Origin: Macrostomum lignano
Lineage: Eukaryota
Assembly: GCA_002269645.1 (NCBI GenBank)
Contig: NIVC01004439.1
Location: 1-45,856 of the forward strand
Length of the DNA stretch: 45,856 bases
Reading direction: 5' to 3'
Each line of letters begins with the position of its first letter. Within the stretch, counting starts at the first letter, position 1. The notes below the pieces were generated by a model that saw only the letters and a list, made by a program, of their open reading frames with translations, had not been told where the DNA came from and made no database searches. Both the position numbers and the translations under genes were made by a program. Shown here piece after piece: positions 1-11,064 of the stretch.

Positions 1-364
1 CGCCTTCGCCACCGAGGTCGCCGCGGCGTTCGACGCAAAGAGTCGGACGATGAGAGCGCAGCAAAGACATCGAATCGACGACGCGAAGACATGTATCCAG
101 CCTGCTGAGGATCGACTACATTTATGAGGCAGACCAGAGACAGTGGGAGCCGCCCGCCCGGCTTCGATAAGCAGCCCGCCTGTCGAAGTCGAGAAAAGTG
201 ATAGTGAGTATAAGGCACAGAGTTTCTGGGTTTTAACTTTGCTGAAATTTTCTAGTAAAGGCAAGGATCCTGGGATTGGATTCGGACGGTTTGAAGGCAC
301 ACACGGAGTGTTTTATTTGTACGAAAATTAATAAAAATTTGCTGGAATTTTCGTGTTTAATAAT

Positions 365-1249
365 CAGTGTTGGGCACCGTTAATGAAAATATTAACTTCC
401 GTTAATAGCAAAAGCGTTAGCGTTAAAACAAAACAATCTTAACTTTTTAACTCCTAAATTTCGTTAAGTTAACTGAAAGTTAACTGATAATCGTTAATAA
501 GCGTTAATCCGTTAAAGTTAACACGGAAAATACGGAAATCTTGCACGTTTTTTTTCCAAAAACAGACTTCGTAATGCACGTCTTTGCTATTCCATCTTTT
601 TAGCGAAACACAGAGGTCATCTAAGCGATTTGAAAGCTAAAAAAGTAATAAATAATCATTTTAAAAACTTGCATGCATAATACTACTAAAAGTAAAGCAT
701 ATGGTAAAAAAGTAACTTATTTTATTTGAAACTTAAAAGCTAATAACGAGAAATTCATAATTAAATACGCATAGGAAGGTTGTTTCAGTACCATTAGCAG
801 GCGCAGCAGAAAGTTGCGAAAGATTGGGACAGAAGTGAATCAAAGCGATCGATGCTCACGCGCAAGAAATAAAGTTTCACACTATTTTAATTCATTATTT
901 TAAAGTTTATTTGTAAGAAGTTGTTAATTACATGTACGTCTGTATGATCATCGTCATAAATAAAGAGATTATATTTAGGCATATAGGTAAGCTCAAATAC
1001 GTTCGTAATGTTTAAACTTCTTGTAAGACTTCTATTTTTCGTTCCTTCTTTGCGTCTTTGGTCATTAACATAGACACTACCGTTAACGATAAATTTATCG
1101 TTAATTTACAAAATTTTTAACGCAAATTCGTTAATCCGTTAGTTCAAAAAAATCTTAACGACAGACCGTTAACGTTAATGAAAAATCTTAACGCTTATTA
1201 ACGCTTATTAACGGATTAACGCTTATTAACGGACTGGTGCCCAACACTG
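365..1249. mobile_element. Non-autonomous hAT-like MITE (885 bp)
   Basis: 14-bp TIRs CAGTGTTGGGCACC (365-378) and GGTGCCCAACACTG (1236-1249); perfect 8-bp TSD TTAATAAT (357-364, 1250-1257); dense subterminal CGTTAA/TTAACG repeats; no ORF. Confidence 0.85.
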
Positions 1250-1948
1250 TTAATAATCGATCTTAACCTAGCGCAATGGAATGACAACTGTGTAGGAATG
1301 CATCACTATGATTTAACTGGTTCAACCCTAACAAAGGGGTTTCTGATGGGTGTTGGAGAAACCCTATACTATTGAGGTGCTCATTCAATCATTCATTTGG
1401 TCTTAAGCTTGAATTCATAGCGACGCATTCAGTTCAATTAGAGCACCCAACCCTACAGTAGTGTATAGATTTGCAGGGCCTCTATGCGGCTTCAGGCATA
1501 GTCAGTTTTCATACTTTACTGTTTTCAAACAAGCAACTGCAACTAACCGGAGAGTTGATTCTCTTTCTACGACCAGAGGCCGCGAGTATCCCAGCTCAAA
1601 CTACGAGCGTAGATCCCGAAGAGGCCGCGTGGCACTCGCGTCCAATTGACTAGGCCGAGAGCCTGCGAATGGAAAAGGTCGCATGCACGCTTGGGCCAGG
1701 CATGCAGTGTCTTCTCGCTTCCTGGGTTGCCATGACGACCCCGCATTGAAAGGCATTGAAAGGCATCGAAGCCAAAGTTTCCCAGCCGTAGCTCAATAAG
1801 AAAAAAAGGCGCACACTTTCTCTTCTCGGGTCAAAATCCGGCTCACGCACTGGCTTCCTACCTGACTAGATTTAAAGTGCAAATCAATATAGCGAGCCAA
1901 CTCTCTCAGCTGCCTAGAGACAATATGAACACAAATTCTCAATTTTAG

Positions 1949-2244
1949 CCCCTGCCGACGATCCGAGCTCAAAGTCGGACTTCAAGGTGAAGGACCTGCA
2001 GACGGAGCAGCTGAAGGAGCAGCTGCACAAGCTGCAGCGAGAGTTGAGCAAGTTTGGCCACAAAATCGAGGGACTTCGGCCCAGAGAGTGAGGCGAACTT
2101 AACAATAAGCATCTTCTTTCAGATTTTGAGCAGTTGGAAAAATATGGCCCAATAATTGATTGCAGACGGCTTCACAAGCCGGCAACCTTCAACGATCTCA
2201 GTCCCTACCGAGAGACTCAGACGGCCATGCGAACTTTGACCACG
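1949..2244 (+). CDS. Putative host exons (coiled-coil-like), product unknown
   Basis: TTTTAG acceptor then PADDPSSKSDFKVKDLQTEQLKEQLHKLQRELSKF, GTGAGG donor at 2088; CTTTCAG acceptor then FEQLEKYGPIID...RTLTT, GTGAGC donor at 2245. The intron is only 35 nt and the phases differ by 1, so uncertain. Confidence 0.35.
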
Positions 2245-2768
2245 GTGAGCGCTCCGCTCCGCTGTGGCAGTGACTGTGGCAGATATGCTATGCTCAGTAG
2301 CATATTAGATAGCCTACTAGGCATGCCTACCACTCTGTGAGAGTCCAGAAAATTTCCCGCCTCACTTGGTGCTACGTGCAGATCTGTCATTATGCTAGCA
2401 TATTTGCAGTTCAGTTCTGTGTATTTCAAAACAGCTTGACCGTATATTCGAATTAAAAGAATTATTAAATGATCAGTTATAACAGAGATTAAATTTAAAC
2501 AAATGAAATAAAAATTGTAAGGGCAACGAAAAACAGACAGAGGGAGGGCCTAGGATATACTATATAAAAGCCATCTGTTTGAAATGAACGAACGCTTTGT
2601 ACATAAGACTGTTCAAACATCTATTAATTTTTCTACGGTTTAAACGAAAGCTTTAACCACCCGATAAAGCTTTTTTACTTTAAACAGCAGCTTTAAAATA
2701 CTTAAACTGCTACTAATAGTCGAACTGTTGAGTAGCATAGTCAGGACATTTTTAACCGTTGCAAATCG

Positions 2769-3130
2769 GTGAATCACCCGCAGTCGAGCCGACCCCGGCT
2801 GCCGTGCGGCTACGCCAGCAGGCTCACTACCAATCGAGTCTGCGACGCAGTCGAGAACCACCGAATGGACGTCGCTCCGCCGCCGCCGCTGCCGACTCAG
2901 GTAGATACGACCTCGCCGATGTCGCCTACGTCGACTGCGGTGAGTAGGCAGCGGCGTCGTCGCCAATTGGGCCCACTGAGCACCCAGCGATCATCGGCGC
3001 TGTCCACCGACCGGTCGACAGCCAGCGGCGAGCGGCTGAGCAGCCATCAGGCCCGCTTTCCCAGAATTGTGTTCAACTACGACCGAAGTCTGCTGACAGA
3101 TCTCAGCAGCGAGGACGTCACCATGATTCG
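2769..3130 (+). CDS. Possible host exon, Pro/Ser/Arg-rich low complexity
   Basis: GC-rich open frame ending at a GTGAGG donor-like site (3131). No recognisable domain. Confidence 0.25.
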
Positions 3131-3850
3131 GTGAGGGCGGTTTTTATGCGCATAACGTTTCCCGGGAAGAACTTCTCATGGTCAGTAGGGACGGTTTCGC
3201 TTGGCATCGCAGTCAGTCTCAACTCTGAACTGTCTCTCAGGGGCAACTCAGGGGCCAAGGGCTACTTTGATTTCGTGTCTAGCCTGTACTTCAGTACTCA
3301 AGGGGCAGAGCAGCTCAGTGGCAAACGCATCCGACTCTGGCTCTACGAACCCCGGTTCGATTCCGTGCGTGGCCACTTTCAATTGCGGCTTGTGTGTGCA
3401 GGAAAACTGGCCTAGGGGGCTGCTGTGCGATTCACACCATGAGGGCCAACCCCCATGGCACAGAGGGTGTACAAGCCAGGGCCGCCGTACACCCTGAGTG
3501 AGCGTGCATGAGTGCGTGCTGCGTACAGTGTTGGCCGGCTTGCATGTGCTCGGGAGTCAGTGGAATGGGCAGGATTGCCGTCAGCGCTGGTTGTGGGACC
3601 ATGTCGCTGAAGGTGCAGATAGTCAAGGTGCTGAAAGCTAGCCCTCCTGCAACAATTGTATATCACTTATAGTTTGGTCTTCTTAAGTAGTCCTTGCTAA
3701 ATACGAGCCCCATTTGACGGGAAACTTGCGGTTAATGCAGAAAAATCTCGAAGGTCATATTTTAGGCTCGCTTTAAAGCCAGTTTTCGAAGATTTTCGAA
3801 GAAACGATGCTTCGATTTCTTCAACCAAACTGACGCTGCCAACCCCGCAG

Positions 3851-3910
3851 CCGGGAGGTCGGGCAGAACAGGCTGCACTCCACCAGCCAGCGCGTCGAGG
3901 AGGACTACAT
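3851..3910 (+). CDS. Possible 60-nt symmetric host exon abutting Polinton copy 1
   Basis: CCCCGCAG acceptor; open frame REVGQNRLHSTSQRVEEDY; followed by GCA plus the element's AGT (a GC-type donor, GCAAGT). Confidence 0.3.
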
Positions 3911-3913
3911 GCA

Positions 3914-4221
3914 AGTAGTATAGAAAAAGACGCTTCTAGACCCAGAGCACTTTTTTAATGACCGTTTTAAGGGTCTAGAGGGGGGACACGGGGGGTAAAT
4001 AAAAAAACACATCTAAACACCCTTAACACATCTAATCACCCATAATCACCCCTAACAATAAAAATCACTTCCCAACACTTCCAAACACTCCCCAACACCC
4101 CCCTCGCGTCCCCCCTCTTAAGACCTTACAAACGGCCATTAAAATAAGGTCTGATCTAGAAGCGTCTTTTTCTATACTACTACTCTATAACCCCTTGCCC
4201 GCGCCGCAGGCGCGAAGGGTC
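3914..4221 (+). repeat. Left TIR of copy 1 (308 bp)
   Basis: Reverse complement of 21250-21556; contains an internal inverted copy of the terminal 27-mer at 4155-4181. Confidence 0.95.
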
Positions 4222-4402
4222 GGAAAGAATAGAAGCTATTTATAGTCAGCTCACCTACCCACCCAACATTCCATTTAGACCAGATTTTAGACCAAACAAA
4301 ACTAGACTATCGTTTTGGTTTTCGTTTTCAAAAATTTGGTCTAAAATCTGGTCTAAATGGAATGCAGACAATCTTTTTCTGTTACTAAAAATAGAACAAA
4401 AA

Positions 4403-4801
4403 ATGACACACGTTACACATATGCAAAATCTGAATGAATTGCAGGTAGGAGACCCAGTTGAATACCGAGGTGAGGGGCTTTTTGATGTGGTTGGAACAGC
4501 AGCAAATTTTGTTAAAGACAATATGGGGCTTATAGGGCAAGCTGGCTCTGCAGCAGGCTCTATAACAAATGCTGTAAAAGGAGGAATTGAAGCAGCTAGA
4601 GCGGCAGAAGAACTAAAGAAATTGAGAGATTTTAACGACACCCTCTCACAAATAAATGCAATAAAAGATTTAAAGCTGGCACAAGCCGCACAACCAACAG
4701 AAACCCCCACGAAAAGCGCACCAATAAGTAATAAAGATATTCAGGATTTTAATAAAATGTTAAATACTATTAAAGGTGGAAAAGGATTAAAGAAATTTTA
4801 A
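4403..4801 (+). CDS. 132-aa putative virion core/minor protein with protease-site-like motifs
   Basis: Intact and identical in protein sequence in both copies; YRGEG, VKGG and IKGGKG motifs resemble adenain (M/I/L)xGG / xGxG sites. Confidence 0.65.
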   Translation: MTHVTHMQNLNELQVGDPVEYRGEGLFDVVGTAANFVKDNMGLIGQAGSAAGSITNAVKGGIEAARAAEELKKLRDFNDTLSQINAIKDLKLAQAAQPTETPTKSAPISNKDIQDFNKMLNTIKGGKGLKKF

Positions 4802-4811
4802 CAATATAAAA

Positions 4812-5795
4812 ATGGACACAGATAACGACCGCTTATATTTTATAGGAGAAATTGTAGATACTTTAGATCTAGATGATAATAAACATAGCCACACAATGTT
4901 AAAAAGATTGGATCGATTAGGTAAAAAGTTTGACTACGACATCGATACATTTAAACTCGCAGCAAAATATGCACAAGAAGGAAGGCCAATATCCTTTAAG
5001 AATCGCGGCAGAAATTATAGGTTGACAGACTCCGATGTGAAATTTTTAATGGAGACTCACACTAAAAAGGACGGCGGATTACTACCCATTCTACCGCTTC
5101 TTTTAGGACTTGGCGCAGCTGGAGCAGTCGGTTTAGCCGGAAAAAGAATTCATGATAATGTAAAACAGCTAGGAGAGTTAAGAGCGAAACAGGGGGGAAT
5201 CTTGCCCCTTGCAGCTTTGCTCCCAATAATTTTTGCAGGAATTGGAGCAGCTGGAGGAGTTGCTGGCGGAGCAGCTGGAATTGCAAAAGCAGTAAATGAC
5301 AAAAAAGCTGCGGACGAAAAAGCTAAAAGAGAGGCCGAATTTCAAAGACAGCAAATAACGCAGGACGCACAATTTAAACAGAAACTTATTGATACCATTA
5401 ATAGTAGTTCAGCAACAGCAGAGCAAAAAAGAAATGCAGAAGCTAGGTTAGCAGCCGGAAAAGGTTTACTCTTGCAAGGAACAAATCACGGGAATGGTTT
5501 GGTACTAAAAGGAACAACCCAAGGAAGTGGAGTTGTCGCAGATAAACTACATGAATTTGGCAAACTTTAGAAAAAACGGGTGAGAAAGCTAAAGGATTTT
5601 TTGACAATATTGGATCCAATTTTAGACCAGCTGTTCAGAAAATTTTTAATAAATTAGGAAAAGATTTTAACATCATTGAAAAACACGACGGAAGCGGATT
5701 ATATCTCGAAATGAGACCAAAAGCAGGTTCAGGAATTTTCTTAAATTCAAACGTTATGGGCAATGGATTGCTATTACCAAAAGCAGATCTCGAAT
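4812..5795 (+). CDS. pX (adenovirus mu precursor)-like core/membrane protein; frameshift near 5567
   Basis: Two GG-[LI]LP hydrophobic segments (KQGGILPLAALLPIIFAGIGAAGG) resembling the adenovirus pX C-terminus; repeated G[KNS]G[LIV] motifs; intact as 328 aa in copy 2. Confidence 0.7.
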
Positions 5796-5880
5796 AGGCT
5801 CCTGGGGGAGGGTCTGGACACCAAAAACACAAAATTAAAAAATCAATAATTCAAACATTATATAAATTTTATTCTATAAA

Positions 5881-8800
5881 ATGGAAGCAATTTTAGCTCA
5901 AATCGACAACCCTGAACTTAGAGCACAATTAATAGCTCAAATCGATGCACAACGAATTGCCGATAGGGCTGAAATAGAAGCAAGAATTAGGGCAGAAAAT
6001 GAGATACGTTTAGAAAGACAATTAAATGATATTAATAACCCCCAACCACAAGGACAAAATGGAGCTGAAGTAATATATATAGATATAGATATAAATACAA
6101 ATTATAAAGAATATTTTAAACAAATGAAAGATAAATTAAAGACCATATTAAACAATTATACTATAAGGCCAAATAACAAACGACAGCCAATTAAGTATAA
6201 AATAGAAGTTGAAACAGAATTTAAAAAACCAAATATTCTTAATGCAAATTCAGAAATTGAAGTAATAAATAACTTTTCACAAGAATCATATAAAACATTA
6301 TTATCAATGGGAAATTACAACAATCAATTCGATCAAATAGAAGCTGAGTTTGATGAATGGATAGATAAGATGACAGAAAACGGATCTGGGTTTATATTTG
6401 TATCCTGTAATTCAGCAATAGTAAAGATTGCACCTATAGAAATTCTTAAAGGACGATCACATATGAAGCTCAAATTTAAATCACCTATGATTATAAATCC
6501 AGACAATAAAGATAATAAATGTTTATTATGGTGTTTATTAATTCATAAATATCACAATCAAGTAGAATCACACATTAATAAAATATATAATTATAGACAA
6601 TATGAGGATGAAATAATAATGAAAAACATATCATACCCAGTAGCAATAGATGATATATATAAGATTGAAAAAATGAATGGTTTAAATATTAATGTGTTTA
6701 CAATTGAAGAACCAAAAGATCTAGAAGAAATTCAGCAGGTCGATCCAGAATGGTATAAGAAAAACTGTTATCTTGTTAAGCCAGCAACTGATATAACAGC
6801 ACCAGATCAAATCGATCTTTTGTACATGCAGCGCGAAAATGAAACACATTATATATACATAAAAGATATTAGTTCTTTTTTAAGAGAAAATAGAAATAGA
6901 TATCCACTATGTAGAAATTGTTTTACATTTAAAAAGGATGAAACAGCTCTTAAAAACCACCAACGATTTTGTTTAGATCACAAATTTACTAATGCTATAA
7001 TGCCAGCATCTGAAGATGCAACCCTAAAGTTCCAACAACATTATATGGCAGTTAAAAAACCAATAGTAATATATGCTGATTTTGAAGCAACAAATGTTCC
7101 CTTAAAAGAATCACAGACGGTATCTGATGACGGTGAATGCACAAAAAAATTGGCACAACAGTTTCCGAATAGTTATTGTATATATGTACACTCTGTAGCT
7201 GATCATATATTTAAATCAAGGATGATTACTTACCACGGTAATGATGCAGCTAAGCACATGGCAGAATCATTAGTAAATGTATTTGAATATATTCAAAATC
7301 AATATGATAAATTATCAAAAAATATTAATATGACAAATAAGGATAGAGACAATTATAAAAATGCAACAAATTGTTTTATGTGCAAAAGACATTTAAGTAA
7401 GAATAATAAGATACGAGAACATTGTCATCTAACAGGAAATTATCGAGGGGCAGCATGTAGATCATGTAATGCAAAAGAAGGAAAAGGATGTAAGGAAATA
7501 CCAGTATTTTTTCATAATGGTTCCGGATATGATTTTCATTTCTTAGTTCGAGAATTGCTTCATTTAGGAAAGGATGAATATGAAATAAATATATTACCTA
7601 AAACATCAGAAAATTACATATCAATAACATATGGTAAGAAATACTCCCATCTAGTTTTTCTAGATTCCTTGAGATTCTTATCAACATCTTTAGCAAATGT
7701 TGTTTCATCATTAGTTCCAAAACCATGGGATTTAGAAATAGTAAAGAAAAACTTTCCAATACTATTGAATCGTTTCAAAAAGAAAAACTATCCGAGGAAG
7801 AACTAATGCTATTAACTCGTAAGGGCATCTATCCATATGAATATGTAACATCTGAAGACGTATTTTTTCATACCGAATTACCCCCAATTGAAAAGTTTTA
7901 TTCAACATTATCACAAACAAACATAAGTGAATCGGATTATGAACACGCTCAAAAAGTATGGAAATACTTTAATTGTAAAACATTTAAAGATTATCATAAT
8001 CTATATCTTAAAGCAGATGTTCTCCTATTAGCTGATGCATTTGAAAACTTTAGGAATCATACATATGAGAATTTTAAAATTGATCCCGCATATTGTTTCA
8101 GTGCACCGGGATTAACATGGGCTTGTGGTTTGAAACATACAGATGTTAAGATTGATTTACTAACTGATCATGATATGTTGTTAATGATTGAGAGAGGAAT
8201 TCGCGGTGGATTCTCGGGTGTACTAGGAGATAGATATACTAAAGTAAATAATAAATATCTACCAAATTATAATAAAAAAGAAAAATCATCATATGTATTA
8301 TATCTAGATGCAAACAATTTATACGGTGGTTGTATGAAACAAAAATTACCAATAGCTGATTTCCAATGGGAAGATGACCCCGATTATTACAAAAATATTC
8401 CCGAAGGAAGGGGCTGTATCGTAGAAGTGGATTTGCAATATACTCGGGAAGCAAAAGCAAAAACATATAAATATCCTTTAGCTCCAGAGCATTGTTCAGT
8501 TAATGAAGATGATTTATCACAAACACAAAAAGATTATCTTAAAGTAGATAATGCAAAACATCTAGCAACAAAAAAATTAATATTAAATTTACATGATAAG
8601 AAAAACTATGTAGTGCATTATAAGCTTCTACAATTTTATGAAAAGCAGGGATTAAAAGTGTCTAAAGTACATCGAACAATATCGTTTATTGAGGAAGATT
8701 GGTTAGCTAAATATATTGACTTTAATTCAAATCAGAGACAGATGTCAAAAACAAATTTTGAGAAAGATTATTGGAAATTAATGAATAATGCTTTTTATGG

Positions 8801-9844
8801 AAAAACGGTTGAAAATATTAGAGATAGAACCCAATTCCATTTAGAAAAGGATATTGATAAAGCAAAGAAATATTTCTCAAAACCTAACTTTAAAGACTTT
8901 ATAAAATTTGATGATAACTTTATGGGTATTCATATGAGAAATAAAACAACAAAATTTCTTAAACCAATATTTATTGGAATGGTTGTTTTAGATTTGCAAA
9001 GCTAGTAATGTATGAATACTATTATGATGTTATAAATAAAACATGGCCAGATAACTATCCAATATATGCAGACACCGACAGTTTGGTATTTAAGGTTGAA
9101 ACAGATGATCGGACAGCCGCGAACCAAAGGTTCGATGTCTATAAAGATATGGAAAAAATTAAGGATACATTGGATACCTCCGACTATCCGGATAACCATC
9201 CTTTAAAATCAGATCAAAATAAAAAAGTTGTACTTAAAATGAAAGATGAATTAAATAGCAAAATCATAACCGAGTTTATAGCAATAAGATCAAAATGCTA
9301 TGCATTTAAGGTTTTAGGACAGGAGGGAGAGGTAAAAAAAATAAAAGGGGTATCAAGAGCAGCAGTAAAAAAGATAACATTTGATGATTATAAAAACGTA
9401 CTTTTAGATTACCTTAATACAATTGAAAATTATCATGCTCCACAATATCGATTAAATTCAGATAAGCATCAGATGTTTGTCATCGAGACAGATAAAAAAA
9501 CATTAAGTCCATTTGATGATAAAAGATATTTAGATGATAAAATTAAAACATATCCATATGGTTTAAAAGAAGAGATAAAAAATATGATAAAAGATAAAAA
9601 ACAAAAAGAAGATATAATAAGTAAATATAATGAATACAAAGCGGCAATAAATAATTATTATTACGATTGTGATTGTGAATCCGAATGTGATTGTGAATAT
9701 AATACATTTCTAGAATATGAAAAAGATATAGATAATTATTATTCAACATTTCCAAAAGAACTTAAAAAATTAAATAAGGAAAAAGTCTTGAATAACTGGA
9801 AGAGATTAACAGAAAAATTACTTATCGGGTCTGTAAAAAACTAA
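5881..9844 (+). CDS. polB: Protein-primed family B DNA polymerase (~1320 aa; frameshifts near 7790 and 9000)
   Basis: ExoI IYADFE, ExoII FFHNGSGYD, YLDANNLYG, KLMNNAFYGK, YADTDS, SKCY and KGV motifs; EndoVII-like Zn insert CFMC...HCHLTGNYRGAACRSCN typical of Polinton PolB. Confidence 0.97.
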
Positions 9845-10177
9845 AGCATGTAATTGTTTGAGCAAATCATTAACTTCAATTTCATATATTATTGAGCACC
9901 AATTATCCTCACAGTCGGCAGGGTAACTTAAACAATCCTTTATTTTTTTCCTAAGTTTTTTTATTTTTCTAACCAATCTATCTATTTCAATTTCAATTAC
10001 TATTTCAGCATAAACAATATCTTGTCTTAAAAAACGTTTTCTTTTATCTATCTCATATCGGATGGGAAACATATCGTCCCCATACTCATGATATTTCTGA
10101 GATATAATTATATTTATTTTTTTATTAATATCATTAAGTTCACGCTCTTTAGTGATAAGGATTTTTATCGTATCCAT
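9818..10177 (-). CDS. 119-aa hypothetical helical protein
   Basis: ATG-initiated ORF, intact and identical in both copies. Confidence 0.55.
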   Translation of the reverse strand: MDTIKILITKERELNDINKKINIIISQKYHEYGDDMFPIRYEIDKRKRFLRQDIVYAEIVIEIEIDRLVRKIKKLRKKIKDCLSYPADCEDNWCSIIYEIEVNDLLKQLHALVFYRPDK

Positions 10178-10192
10178 TTTCTTATAAAAAAT

Positions 10193-10525
10193 TTAGTCTT
10201 CGTCGTCATCCTCCCAAACAGCCGCCAATTTTACAGTCCTATCACTCTTTTTATTATTTGTTTGTTTTAGTTTAAATTGCAATCCACCCTCGTTGCAGTA
10301 TTTCATAACAAACGCTTTAGGTTTATTAATAACTAAAACAGGAAAATTTTTAACATCATCTCCGCTTAGACATAAAATTTTTTGCCCATCTAATTGTAAA
10401 AATATTGATTGAAGCCCAATAAATTTAACCTGTCTCAAACATATAATATTATATTCTTTATTCTCCAACATATTGGGTGTGAGATAATTAATCACATTAG
10501 AATCGGTTTTGAACCAGCTCTCCAT
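10193..10525 (-). CDS. 110-aa hypothetical protein with acidic tail (possible OB-fold ssDNA-binding protein)
   Basis: Intact in both copies; beta-rich pattern and WEDDDED C-terminus. Confidence 0.55.
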   Translation of the reverse strand: MESWFKTDSNVINYLTPNMLENKEYNIICLRQVKFIGLQSIFLQLDGQKILCLSGDDVKNFPVLVINKPKAFVMKYCNEGGLQFKLKQTNNKKSDRTVKLAAVWEDDDED

Positions 10526-10551
10526 TTTTAATCTAAAAAAATAACAAAAAA

Positions 10552-11064
10552 ATGAAAGACATTTATGTTTGTAATAAATGTAATGTGACTATGCACAGAG
10601 GGCAAACAGCAAACGGAGATATATATCATATGTGTTATTCATGTTCTAAAATATATCAATTTGAAAAAACAAAAAAGATTGAAAACTCATATTACTATTT
10701 TAAAAACACAATTTTAAGAAATCTTACAAGAGACATTTCTGATCCAATTTTAATTCCCGGAAATAATGTTTATTTATATAATAACTTTTTCCATTTAAAT
10801 AAAGGAAAGGGATTAAGTTCGAAAGACTCTGAAAGGATTTTAATTTTAGTTGGATATTATTTCAATTTTCTTATTCGAGAGAATACAAAGTTTATAAGGA
10901 TAGGTAACATACCTAACGAAATGTTATTGAAAAAGTCATTGGAATTTTTATGTATTGATAAAAAATTTAAACCTAGGATCAGAAGAGAGTTACCACTTTG
11001 GGAAGAATATATAACATATGCATTAGAAAAACTAAACAACCTGAAGTTCTACCGCACTTCCTGA
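10552..11064 (+). CDS. 170-aa Zn-ribbon protein (possibly VLTF3-like)
   Basis: CNKC...CYSC at the N-terminus; present in both copies. Confidence 0.55.
   Translation: MKDIYVCNKCNVTMHRGQTANGDIYHMCYSCSKIYQFEKTKKIENSYYYFKNTILRNLTRDISDPILIPGNNVYLYNNFFHLNKGKGLSSKDSERILILVGYYFNFLIRENTKFIRIGNIPNEMLLKKSLEFLCIDKKFKPRIRRELPLWEEYITYALEKLNNLKFYRTS

Noticed and set aside
3131-3666. Several overlapping 60-100-aa ORFs
   Set aside because: No domain signal and no consistent splice pattern; cannot choose a frame.
4255-4710. 151-aa minus-strand ORF (and its twin at 26576-27031)
   Set aside because: Antisense shadow of the 132-aa plus-strand gene; no motifs.
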